A stretch of 63,728 nucleotides of DNA, counting the filler, from a bacterium (GTDB taxonomy: Bacteria > JALSQH01), in the NCBI GenBank assembly GCA_026985515.1. It is 9 parts of 9 records of this genome, joined end to end, with 100 filler letters (N's around TTAATTAATTAA, not from the genome) between each part and the next. Parts side by side here need not be neighbours in the genome. Positions count along the whole stretch, not along the records: positions 28,632 to 38,341 come from JALSQH010000033.1; positions 38,442 to 47,061 come from JALSQH010000034.1; 7 more parts are not named here. The stretch is one strand, 5' to 3'. This document shows, piece by piece, positions 30,185-40,406 of the stretch (position 1 is the stretch's first letter; every line of letters begins with the position of its first letter). Below the pieces are notes generated by a model that did not search any database, was not told the DNA's origin, and saw only the letters and a list, made by a program, of their open reading frames with translations. A program made the translations under genes and the position numbers.

Positions 30185-31212
30185 AAATAGACGAATTTGA
30201 CTTTCATCTTCCTGAAGAACTCATAGCAATTTACCCGAGGAAAGAGAGAAGTTCCTCAAAATTGCTTGTGCTGTACAGGGAAAGTGGGGAAATAATACAC
30301 TCCTCATTCAAACATCTTCCTCAATTTCTTGACAGCAGTTTTCTCATCGTTTATAACGACACAAGAGTCATACCTGCAAGATTGTACCTTAAAAAAGAGA
30401 CAGGGGGAAGAATAGAAATTCTTCTTGACCACCCGGTGGGAGAAAATAGATGGACCGGGATCTTTTCAGCTTCAAAACCACCAAAAGTGAACTCGGACCT
30501 TTACTATGGGAAAGAAAAGGTGTTTAAAGTGGAAAAAGTGGAAAAAAATATGATAACCCTCAGATTCCTGGGGGAAGATTTCAAATCCTTCATAGAAAAA
30601 GCAGGGAATGTTCCCCTTCCTCCCTACATTCTCAAAAGAAGAAAAGGTGTGATACTTCCAGAGGATAGGGAATTTTATCAAACAATCTTTGCTGTAAAAA
30701 ATGGGGCTGTGGCAGCACCCACGGCAGGGATACATTTTGACGAGGAGGTATGGAAAAAATTAAAGGAAAAGAAAATTGAAAGTGTCCCGGTGACCCTACA
30801 TGTTGGAATTGGCACATTTCTCCCTGTTAAAACAGAAGAAGTTGAAAAACACAAAATGCATTCAGAAAGGGTGATTATCACAGAAGAAGCTGCAGAAAAA
30901 ATATCAATGTGGAAAGAAAAAGGGGGGAAAGTTCTTGCAATTGGTACCACGACAGTAAGAGCCCTTGAAGGAGTAATTGCAAAGACAGGAAAACTCACTG
31001 CCTTTGAAGGTGAAGTTGATATTTTCATATATCCGGGATTTAAATTTAAAATCGTTGACGCAATGATTACCAATTTTCATCTCCCAAGAAGCACACTGAT
31101 TCTCCTTGTTGCAGCCTTTGCAGGTAAAGATAAAATCATGAAAGCATACAGAGAGGCAATTGAGAAAAAATACAGATTCTTCAGTTACGGCGATGCAATG
31201 CTGATACTATAA
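30181..31212 (+). CDS. queA: S-adenosylmethionine:tRNA ribosyltransferase-isomerase
   Basis: PLPPYI, AAPTAG, TNFHLP, YRFFSYGD. Confidence 0.97.
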   Translation: MKIDEFDFHLPEELIAIYPRKERSSSKLLVLYRESGEIIHSSFKHLPQFLDSSFLIVYNDTRVIPARLYLKKETGGRIEILLDHPVGENRWTGIFSASKPPKVNSDLYYGKEKVFKVEKVEKNMITLRFLGEDFKSFIEKAGNVPLPPYILKRRKGVILPEDREFYQTIFAVKNGAVAAPTAGIHFDEEVWKKLKEKKIESVPVTLHVGIGTFLPVKTEEVEKHKMHSERVIITEEAAEKISMWKEKGGKVLAIGTTTVRALEGVIAKTGKLTAFEGEVDIFIYPGFKFKIVDAMITNFHLPRSTLILLVAAFAGKDKIMKAYREAIEKKYRFFSYGDAMLIL

Positions 31213-32352
<1,140 letters not shown>

Positions 32353-32361
32353 TCATTATTG

Positions 32362-35112
32362 TTAGTACCACAAAGGTTCAACTTTTTGAGGTGTAATTCT
32401 CCATGGATAATCTTCCAAACCTAAAATACCATACTGGCTCCTACCAAAACAATAGGCCTTATTATCAGAAGCAATACTACAGGTAAAACTGTTCCCTGCT
32501 GAAACATCCTGCCAAGTCTTAGAACTTTTAACTTTTACAGGAGAATAAAAAGACCCCCTACTTTTTATTCCCAATTCCCCATAATTATTATATCCCCAGC
32601 ATCTAATTGTATTATCCATTTGAATTGCACAGGTATGGAGCGGTCCTGCATCAACAGCTTTCCATTCATAATCTCCATCAACTTTTAAAGGCTCAGTTTC
32701 TCTATATGAAGAGTATCCAAGTCCAAGTTTACCCCATCTGTTGTCTCCCCAGCAGTAAAGAGAATGATCAGATTTAATAGCACAGTTATGGATAGAACCA
32801 GCTGTAATATATACCCAATCATTGTCACTACCAACCTGTTGAGGGGTATTGTAACTACTGGTATTTCCAATGCCAAGCTGTCCAAAATTATTTCTTCCCC
32901 AGCACCAGATAGTTCCATCATCCTTCAATCCACAAGTGTGATCACTACCAGTAACAACCTGTAACCAATCAGTATCTGTTCCAACCTGCTGGGGAGTATT
33001 ATAATTATTATTATCCCCAAGTCCCAGCTGTCCATAATTATTTCTTCCCCAGCACCACAGAGTTCCATTACTCTTCACGCCACAGGCATGGTAATATCCA
33101 GATGAGATATCACTCCAGTTGGAGTCGCTTCCAACTTGCTTTGGAAAATAAGAATTACCTGTATTTCCAATACCTAAGCGGCCATAAGCATTCCTCCCCC
33201 AACACCATAAAGTATGATCATCCTGTATCCCACATACAAAATTATTTCCAATGGAAAAATCTTGCCATTTCCCTGTTCCTGTATCTGAAACCTGCTGAAA
33301 AGTATTATAAAAATATATATCGGTATTTCCCACTCCTATTGTACCATAGGAATTATCACCTGTACATAGAAGCTTATCCTCACTGTTAATCAAACAGGTG
33401 TTATTTCCAAAAGTACCACCCTTGATCATTTTTACCGTTTTACCACTATAAGTCATAGTTGGCTCAAAAATATAACCGTTTTCTCCTATGCCAAGCTGTC
33501 CATCCCTAAAAAAGTTTCCCCAACAGTATAACCACCCATTTTTTATCATACAGGTGTGATCTTCCCCCCCGCTCATATAAGTTATACCAGGATCATCAGA
33601 GATAATATGAGGTGAGTTGACACGGTAGGTAGTACTTTCAAATCCCAATTGTCTGTAATCATTTTCACCCCAGCAGTAGAGTTTAGTATCATTTATGCCA
33701 CAGACATGTCTGCTTCCAGCTTTTACAAAACTCCACTTTGTACTTGTTCCAACCTGATTTGGAGAATTTTTACTTGCATAATCACCAGTACCAAGCTGAC
33801 CATAATAGTTGTGTCCCCAACACCAGAGGGTACCATTCTGTCTTAGCCCACAGGTAAAATAACCACCAGTGGTTAATTCAATCCAATCTGCATTAGCTCC
33901 AACCTGGTGGGGTGCATTGTATTCAAGATAATTTCCTGCACCAAGCTGCCCACTATTATTTGCTCCCCAGCAGTACAGAGTCCCATCTGTTTTAAGAGCA
34001 CATGTGTGATAGTAGCCTGCACTGACAGATTTCCAATCAGAATCACTTCCCACCTGCTGCGGAGAAGAATAATTTGAGTTATCACCCAATCCAAGTTGTC
34101 CGTTATTATTGTTCCCCCAGCACCACAGGGTACCATCAGCTTTCACCCCGCAGGTATGATAATATCCAGTGGTTACATCAACCCAATCCGTATCTTGCCC
34201 AATCTGCTGGGGAGTATAATAACTATTGTAAAATTCACCTACACCAAGCTGTCCATCATAGTTATACCCCCAGCACCACAGGGTTCCATCACTCTGGATA
34301 CCACATGTATGCATATATCCTGTGGATACGACTTTCCATATGGAATCATTGACTTTAACAGGATAATAATAGTAGCCTTGACCAGGGACACCAACTCTTC
34401 CCCATCCATTGTTTCCCCAACAATAGAGAAAACCCGCCTGGTTGATCCCACAGGTATAGCTTCCCCCAGCATCAACCATTTTCCAGTAAGTAGCTGTTAC
34501 TTCCCAGCTATAGGTGGCCGGGGTCTCATCTTTGTTTCCTGATGGATCTATTGCCCTCACATAAAAGGTGTGATGTCCTATAGAAAGACTTCTGTTTTCA
34601 TAAGGTGGCTTGCATGGAAACCAGTCTGAATTGTCAATCCTGCACTCAAATTCATCCACATATCCTGCAGTTCGATCAACTCCCGTGAAGGTAAAAAACG
34701 CCCTTGCAGTTGGTTCAGAGGGGCTGATATCAATAAATGTATCTGGAGGGAAAACATCTGGTGGTACAACAGGTTCTGTGGTTACACTTACTGCAATACC
34801 CTTTGAGTTAAACCCTGTTAATCTGTACACATAAGATATTCCATCAAACACACTATAATCTGTAAAAACATTCACTGAATCGGGAACCTCTGCCACTTTC
34901 ACAAAATTTCCCGATCCTTCCCTCCTCTCTACGAGAATTTTTCCACGGGCCTGAGAGGAAACTTTCCAGGAAACAACAATAGCTTTTTGTTCTTCACTCC
35001 ACACAGCACCGACTTTACTGAAAAGAGCTGTCTCAACGCTGGTTAAATGATTGTTGTTACAGGAAGCGAAGAAAAGAAAAAAAACAGGGATAAACCAAAC
35101 AAACTTTCTCAT
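32362..35112 (-). CDS. RCC1-repeat lipoprotein with FN3/Ig-like domains
   Basis: FASC lipobox; about 14 repeats of HTCG..LWCWG.N..GQLG. Confidence 0.9.
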   Translation of the reverse strand: MRKFVWFIPVFFLFFASCNNNHLTSVETALFSKVGAVWSEEQKAIVVSWKVSSQARGKILVERREGSGNFVKVAEVPDSVNVFTDYSVFDGISYVYRLTGFNSKGIAVSVTTEPVVPPDVFPPDTFIDISPSEPTARAFFTFTGVDRTAGYVDEFECRIDNSDWFPCKPPYENRSLSIGHHTFYVRAIDPSGNKDETPATYSWEVTATYWKMVDAGGSYTCGINQAGFLYCWGNNGWGRVGVPGQGYYYYPVKVNDSIWKVVSTGYMHTCGIQSDGTLWCWGYNYDGQLGVGEFYNSYYTPQQIGQDTDWVDVTTGYYHTCGVKADGTLWCWGNNNNGQLGLGDNSNYSSPQQVGSDSDWKSVSAGYYHTCALKTDGTLYCWGANNSGQLGAGNYLEYNAPHQVGANADWIELTTGGYFTCGLRQNGTLWCWGHNYYGQLGTGDYASKNSPNQVGTSTKWSFVKAGSRHVCGINDTKLYCWGENDYRQLGFESTTYRVNSPHIISDDPGITYMSGGEDHTCMIKNGWLYCWGNFFRDGQLGIGENGYIFEPTMTYSGKTVKMIKGGTFGNNTCLINSEDKLLCTGDNSYGTIGVGNTDIYFYNTFQQVSDTGTGKWQDFSIGNNFVCGIQDDHTLWCWGRNAYGRLGIGNTGNSYFPKQVGSDSNWSDISSGYYHACGVKSNGTLWCWGRNNYGQLGLGDNNNYNTPQQVGTDTDWLQVVTGSDHTCGLKDDGTIWCWGRNNFGQLGIGNTSSYNTPQQVGSDNDWVYITAGSIHNCAIKSDHSLYCWGDNRWGKLGLGYSSYRETEPLKVDGDYEWKAVDAGPLHTCAIQMDNTIRCWGYNNYGELGIKSRGSFYSPVKVKSSKTWQDVSAGNSFTCSIASDNKAYCFGRSQYGILGLEDYPWRITPQKVEPLWY

Positions 35113-35179
35113 AACCTCCCCCCTTTCCAGAAGATTTGAGTGATTATACCACATCGGAAGAAAAAAATCCAGCGGATAC

Positions 35180-35213
35180 TTGACATTCGATATTACATTT
35201 GTATAATAACGAA
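35180..35213 (+). promoter_or_regulatory. Consensus promoter overlapped by a ModE box
   Basis: TTGACA(35180)-16-TATAAT(35202); 28-bp inverted repeat TTCGATATTACA-TTTG-TATAATAACGAA = CGATAT-N12-ATAACG. Confidence 0.85.
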
Positions 35214-35216
35214 CAA

Positions 35217-35579
35217 ATGAAGATCAAATCCAAGATATGGATCGAAGACAACGAGGGTAAAACAATTATAAGTTACGGTAAGTATCTCCTGCTGAAGGAG
35301 ATTTCAAAAACTCATTCTCTATCAGAATCAGCATCAAATCTTGGCCTTTCCTTTCGTAAAGCGTGGATAATGATCAAAACTATGAATGAGAGAGCTGGTA
35401 CCCCTCTTGTAATTACAAAGAAGGGAGGAGCTGGTGGTGGAGGAGAAACTTTTTTAACTCCAGAGGGTGAAAAATTGATCCAGTTTTTTGAGATACTCAA
35501 CAGAGAAGTTGAACATCTGACCGGAAGTTTTGAAAAAGTAATATGGGATAATCTACCATCAAACCCTGAAAAGGAGTGA
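35217..35579 (+). CDS. modE: ModE-family regulator, wHTH domain only
   Basis: KSKIWIE, SLSESASNLGLSFRKAW, KKGGAGGGET.LTPEG; no TOBE domains. Confidence 0.88.
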   Translation: MKIKSKIWIEDNEGKTIISYGKYLLLKEISKTHSLSESASNLGLSFRKAWIMIKTMNERAGTPLVITKKGGAGGGGETFLTPEGEKLIQFFEILNREVEHLTGSFEKVIWDNLPSNPEKE

Positions 35580-35582
35580 AAG

Positions 35583-37517
35583 ATGTTGATTCACCTCGTT
35601 TTTTACTTACTCACAGTTACATCATCCACTTTCTCGTCTCCCCAGACTACAGTTTCAAATCATTATTTCAAGCAAGTAAGTTCGGTAACTCCTGGAAGCT
35701 TCACCATAGGAGAAGTAGTGGTGACTGCCAGAAGGGTTTTACCATCAACCCGTCTCTACATAAGAAAACAGGATATTGAAGAAAAGGGAGCAATTTCCCT
35801 TGAAAAAATCTCAAATCTAACCCCTGTAATAAACACCCAGCAAACATCCAGAGGTGATACATACATCTACCTCTCTGGCTTCAACCACAAGGAGATTCAG
35901 ATATACCTTGATGGGATTCCGGTTTATATCCCTTACAATGGTGATATTGGAGCTGACATACTCAAACTGATAAATGTTGAAAAAATTGTTATTGAACCTG
36001 TGCTCCCTTCCCTCTTTTATGGTCCCAACGCTATGGGGGGAGCAGTTAATATTCTCTCAGCATCTCCTGAGGAAGGCTTACATGGAAAGGGAGTTGCGGA
36101 GATAAGCAGTTCGTGGGGGAAAAGTTTTAAACTGATCCTTGGAGACAGAAGCGGTCATCTCTACGGTGGAGCATCAACATATCTATGGAAAGACCCTGGA
36201 TTCATTCTCTCTAAAAAATTCCACTCCTCTTTAAATGAAAATGGAGGATTGAGAGAAAACAGTTACAGCAACGGATACTCATTTTTCGGATACACAGGAT
36301 ATCAGGATGAGGAAGATTTCCTCACGGTAAGATACTACAAAACATCCATGGAGAAAGGTGTACCACCTGAAGTCAACTCCACCAGGCCCAGATACTGGAA
36401 ATTTACCGACTGGGAAAAAGATTTTCTAAATCTGGTGGGTAAAAAACACTTCAAAAAATTTCTACTGAGGTTTAACTCAGCATATACCGGTTACTACAAT
36501 GTCCTTGATTCATACGATAACAGCTACTATACGACACAAACCAGACGATATGCATTCCACTCCACATATGATGACTACACCCTTCTTGATACATTGACTG
36601 GATCCATGTCCATTGGAGAGGCATCCATCTCAACAATGCTCCTGTACAGAAAAGATATTCACAGGGAACAATCCGATTATAATAAAGAATGGGAAAAGTA
36701 TGGTCAGGAATTGTACTCAACTGCAGTAAGGGCAACATTTCAGCATAAAAAATTGATCTTCCTCACAGAGGGCAGATACGACTACCTTGCAGCATTCAAA
36801 TACCACAACAGTCAGGCAACAAACTACCGCTTTGGCACAAGGTATCTTACAGATTCAGGTAAAATTGACATTATCTTTGGTTCCACAACAAGATTTCCTA
36901 CAATGAAGGAAAAGTACTCCCATCATCATGGAAAAAGCATTCCAAACCCGGATCTGAAACCTGAAAGTCAGACGGCAGTTGTTCTGAAGTATCAAAATGA
37001 TTTTTCAAATCATTTCCTTCTTACCACCTATGCTTTTTACTCCAGAATAAGAAATCTTATTCAATCCAAATATGTTGATGAAAATATCACACAGAATCAG
37101 AACATTGCAAAGGCAGAAATTGAAGGATTCTATGTTTTCGCTGAATACTTTCAGAGTAATATGAACATATCCGGGAGCCTAACAGGTACATGGGCCAAAG
37201 ACTTAACAAATAATTTGCACCTTCCATACAGACCCAGGTGGAAAATCAACATTTCAGGGGATTATTCAATATGGAAAATAAAAATCAACTGTGGTATCAA
37301 TGGAGAATTCATAAATTTTTATCAGGATGAAAAAAACGGCGAAATAAAAAAATTACCCTCCTGGTACACTGTGGATATGGGGTCAGAGTTTAATTTCTCC
37401 AGCAACTTCTCAGCATATTTTCGAGTGGAAAACGTTTTCGACCGTAACTACGAGACAGAACAAGGTTTCCCGGCCCCGGGAAGAATGATATATGCTGGAA
37501 TCAGGGGAAAATTTTGA
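35583..37517 (+). CDS. TonB-dependent receptor
   Basis: EVVVTA TonB box, YLDGIP, YGPNAMGGAVNI, NPDLKPE, ENVFDRNY, terminal F. Confidence 0.92.
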   Translation: MLIHLVFYLLTVTSSTFSSPQTTVSNHYFKQVSSVTPGSFTIGEVVVTARRVLPSTRLYIRKQDIEEKGAISLEKISNLTPVINTQQTSRGDTYIYLSGFNHKEIQIYLDGIPVYIPYNGDIGADILKLINVEKIVIEPVLPSLFYGPNAMGGAVNILSASPEEGLHGKGVAEISSSWGKSFKLILGDRSGHLYGGASTYLWKDPGFILSKKFHSSLNENGGLRENSYSNGYSFFGYTGYQDEEDFLTVRYYKTSMEKGVPPEVNSTRPRYWKFTDWEKDFLNLVGKKHFKKFLLRFNSAYTGYYNVLDSYDNSYYTTQTRRYAFHSTYDDYTLLDTLTGSMSIGEASISTMLLYRKDIHREQSDYNKEWEKYGQELYSTAVRATFQHKKLIFLTEGRYDYLAAFKYHNSQATNYRFGTRYLTDSGKIDIIFGSTTRFPTMKEKYSHHHGKSIPNPDLKPESQTAVVLKYQNDFSNHFLLTTYAFYSRIRNLIQSKYVDENITQNQNIAKAEIEGFYVFAEYFQSNMNISGSLTGTWAKDLTNNLHLPYRPRWKINISGDYSIWKIKINCGINGEFINFYQDEKNGEIKKLPSWYTVDMGSEFNFSSNFSAYFRVENVFDRNYETEQGFPAPGRMIYAGIRGKF

Positions 37518-38341
37518 TGGACACTCTGCTGATTGTGGAGGGTCTGAGTTTCAGGAATCCATTCACAGGTGAATTTATACTAAAGGATGTTACCTTCAAT
37601 GTAAAGAGGGGGGAAATAGTAGCGATACATGGCCCATCTGGTTCAGGTAAATCAACTCTTCTAAAAATTCTGGATGGTTACAGGGAACTTGACATAGTTT
37701 CAGGTAAAGTTGTAAATAAGAGCAGCATGATAAGGGTCCCACAGGAACCATACAGCAGGATGCTTCATCCTGCAGTTAAAAATATTCTTTCTTCTTATGC
37801 AAGAGAAATGCTTCTTCACAGTGGAAAGGGACAACTGCTTACCAGAAAAACTTTTCAACTTTCCTATGGAGAGAAGAAACTGATTACAATTATTCACGCC
37901 CTCAGCGAAGAGGACCCTCTGATTATCATGGATGAACCTTTTGCAGGCTTGGACGAAGAGGCAAAAGAGTTTGTAAAGGAAGAAATCAAAAGGGCAAAAG
38001 AGAGGGGTAAGGGTTTTATAATCGTTGATCACACCGGCACATTGTCAGAAAGTGAAAAAAACTTTTATATTGATACAGAGTTAAGAACATTGACGGATAA
38101 AAAGAAAAAGCATCAGAGGAAGAATTTCTCAATAAATTTTAAAAACGACGCAGATGAAGAGGTTCTTTTAAAAATAGAAAAAATTGAGATAAAAAAGGGA
38201 GAGAGAATTATAAAATTACCTGCCTGTCTTGAAATAAAAAGAGGCAAAACCTTTTTCATCACAGGTAAAAATGGAAGTGGAAAAACCTCCATTCTCAGAG
38301 CCGTGGCAGGATGGGAAAAAGTGGTAAGAGGTGAAATAAAT
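37514..38341 (+). CDS. Tandem-domain ABC ATPase (ECF A-A' like), first part
   Basis: GPSGSGKS, LSYGE, IIMDEP, second Walker A GKNGSGKT. Confidence 0.85.
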
Positions 38342-38441
38342 NNNNNNNNNNNNNNNNNNNNNNNNNNNNNNNNNNNNNNNNNNNNTTAATTAATTAANNN
38401 NNNNNNNNNNNNNNNNNNNNNNNNNNNNNNNNNNNNNNNNN

Positions 38442-38825
38442 ATGAGATGGAGTAAGATAGAAGACAGAAGGGGAAAAATCTTTTTCCTGACCCAGATTCC
38501 CGAAACCAATTTTTCAGGCAATACTCTGGAAGATCTGATAAAAAAATTCAAAATCACCATGGAAAAAATTGAAGAATATGCTCTTATTAAAAATCTGCAC
38601 ACACCCCTCGTTTACCTGAGTTACGGAGAAAAGATTAAGGTGAATCTACTTATTGGTGAGGTCCTGAAACCAGAACTCATAATGGTAGATGAAACCTACA
38701 CATCTCTTGACTCCAGGAGTCTTGAATCTCTGTTTCAGTTTGTTACCAGATGGACAGAAGAAGGTTCCAGCGTTATAATAACATCACCAGAACCAGTTGC
38801 GGGGAGTTTTTCACTCAATGGGTAA
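38442..38825 (+). CDS. C-terminal part of the same tandem ABC ATPase
   Basis: Q-loop, LSYGE and MVDE complete the second NBD begun before the gap. Confidence 0.8.
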   Translation: MRWSKIEDRRGKIFFLTQIPETNFSGNTLEDLIKKFKITMEKIEEYALIKNLHTPLVYLSYGEKIKVNLLIGEVLKPELIMVDETYTSLDSRSLESLFQFVTRWTEEGSSVIITSPEPVAGSFSLNG

Positions 38826-39345
38826 AAGCATTTCATATGGTGCAATATTCGGGATTTTGATTGCTATGTGGGAGATATTTGCAGGCAATTTTCTTCATCA
38901 GTTACAGCTTCCATTTAAGGGAGAAATATTATCCACTTTTGACATCTTTATATTCAGTTATGTTCTTGCAAAAACAGGGAAAAGAGAAACAATTCTTCTA
39001 ATCACTGTGGTTGCCCTTGTCATCAGAGCTTTCATCTCCGGCACATTCATTCCCGGTGCAGTCATAGGGCTTGGTGCCACCGGCACTCTCTACTTCGCAG
39101 GAAGCTATTTTTCAAGGTTTAAATATTACATTTCTGGACTTCTGGCAGGCTTATGGGCACCATTCTTCTTTGGATATATTCAGTTAAAACTGCTGGGACC
39201 CGAAATTCTCCAATCATATAAAATCCTCTTCAGTAAAATAGGCCTGGGAACTTCACCATCAGCCATAATCAATTTCACCCTTTTAACAGGGGCAATTGCA
39301 GGTTTAGCAGCTTCACTTACCGGGAAAAAAATGGCAGGAAAATGA
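38818..39345 (+). CDS. Membrane protein, putative ECF S component
   Basis: 175 aa, about 6 TM helices, WEIFAGNFLHQLQLPFKG motif, follows the tandem ATPase. Confidence 0.6.
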   Translation: MGKSISYGAIFGILIAMWEIFAGNFLHQLQLPFKGEILSTFDIFIFSYVLAKTGKRETILLITVVALVIRAFISGTFIPGAVIGLGATGTLYFAGSYFSRFKYYISGLLAGLWAPFFFGYIQLKLLGPEILQSYKILFSKIGLGTSPSAIINFTLLTGAIAGLAASLTGKKMAGK

Positions 39346-39845
39346 AACTCCTCACCGGCGTTCTCCTGATAATTTTAAGTTTAATCCACATGGATATCAA
39401 TTTTCTCTCCATAATCACAGGCTTATCCCTTATTCCTCTCGTAATTAAAAGAAAAGGAGTGGGATTATCCATCATCCTTCTGAGTTTTCTGCCGGTAGTG
39501 GTGCTTCCCACAGAGTATAAAATGCTTCTACCCAATTCATTAAAGCTTCTCCTGAGATTTCAGGGCTTTTACATGATAGCAAGCTGGACCGGAAATTATG
39601 TGTCGGAAAAACTAACACTACCCCTTGCAAAAAAAACACCTCTGGGATACTCGCTTCTCCTGGCACTTAACATATTCCCCCACATCTCACAATTTGTTAA
39701 AGATTCCTTCAATCAAATGAGACTGAGAAAAAGGTGGGTCAGATTTTTCCCGGGATACCTGTCCTTCCTTCTACTATATCTTTCCCATTATGCTGATGAA
39801 CTCGGTTATGAAATTGAAAGGGTACTTTCAAGGGAAGAGAAATGA
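39342..39845 (+). CDS. Membrane protein, putative short ECF T component
   Basis: N-terminal TMs, then LALNIFP...QMRLR coupling-helix-like segment. Confidence 0.5.
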   Translation: MKLLTGVLLIILSLIHMDINFLSIITGLSLIPLVIKRKGVGLSIILLSFLPVVVLPTEYKMLLPNSLKLLLRFQGFYMIASWTGNYVSEKLTLPLAKKTPLGYSLLLALNIFPHISQFVKDSFNQMRLRKRWVRFFPGYLSFLLLYLSHYADELGYEIERVLSREEK

Positions 39846-40300
39846 TCAGGAAAATAAAAAAAGGTAACATACTTTTTATTTCGGGACCTGTCAACTCTGG
39901 CAAAACCACATTTCTGTCAGGCATCATTTCACACGACAATGAAAAATTTATAGGTTTTCTGGCACCTTCCGGCTATCTCTTCGGGAAAAAAATCTACTAC
40001 CTGAAAGGAGTTAACATTCCATTTTCTGGAATCATAGCCTCAAGAGACCCCACCCTGATCCATCCACCAATCTTAAAGTGGAAAAACTTTTTCTTCTCAC
40101 TTTACCTATTTAACTCTGTCACAAGTTACGTTATTGATAATGCAAAGAAATTTCACTACGTGGTTATTGATGAAATAGGACCCCTGGAATATGAAGGTAA
40201 AGGATGGAACAATCTTTCTGATTTTGTTGTCAAAAGAAATATGAAAGCGATAATTATAACAAGAAATTTCAAAGAGCTAGCAAAAAAACTTGAAATTTGA
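39842..40300 (+). CDS. THEP1/NTPase_1-like P-loop NTPase
   Basis: GPVNSGKTT, GFLA, VVIDEIGPLE. Confidence 0.8.
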   Translation: MIRKIKKGNILFISGPVNSGKTTFLSGIISHDNEKFIGFLAPSGYLFGKKIYYLKGVNIPFSGIIASRDPTLIHPPILKWKNFFFSLYLFNSVTSYVIDNAKKFHYVVIDEIGPLEYEGKGWNNLSDFVVKRNMKAIIITRNFKELAKKLEI

Positions 40301-40324
40301 TTTAGAATGTGATATATTATGAAA

Positions 40325-40406
40325 CAAGAAAATTAAAACTGTGTTTTGCTTATACCCCTCCCCCCTCCCCCGGCGGGAAAGCGGCCTGCTTTCCTGCCGT
40401 TTTTTT
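40325..40406 (+). ncRNA. Candidate C-rich sRNA
   Basis: TTGAAA-17-TATATT promoter with TG extension (40290-40318), CCCCTCCCCCCTCCCCC tract, terminator. Confidence 0.45.
40371..40406 (+). terminator. Rho-independent terminator
   Basis: 12-bp stem CGGCGGGAAAGC/GCTTTCCTGCCG followed by T7. Confidence 0.85.

Noticed and set aside
32362-34500. RCC1 repeats as DGR template/variable repeats or CRISPR
   Set aside because: Differences are not adenine-specific, there is no reverse transcriptase or cas gene, and repeats are in-frame protein blades
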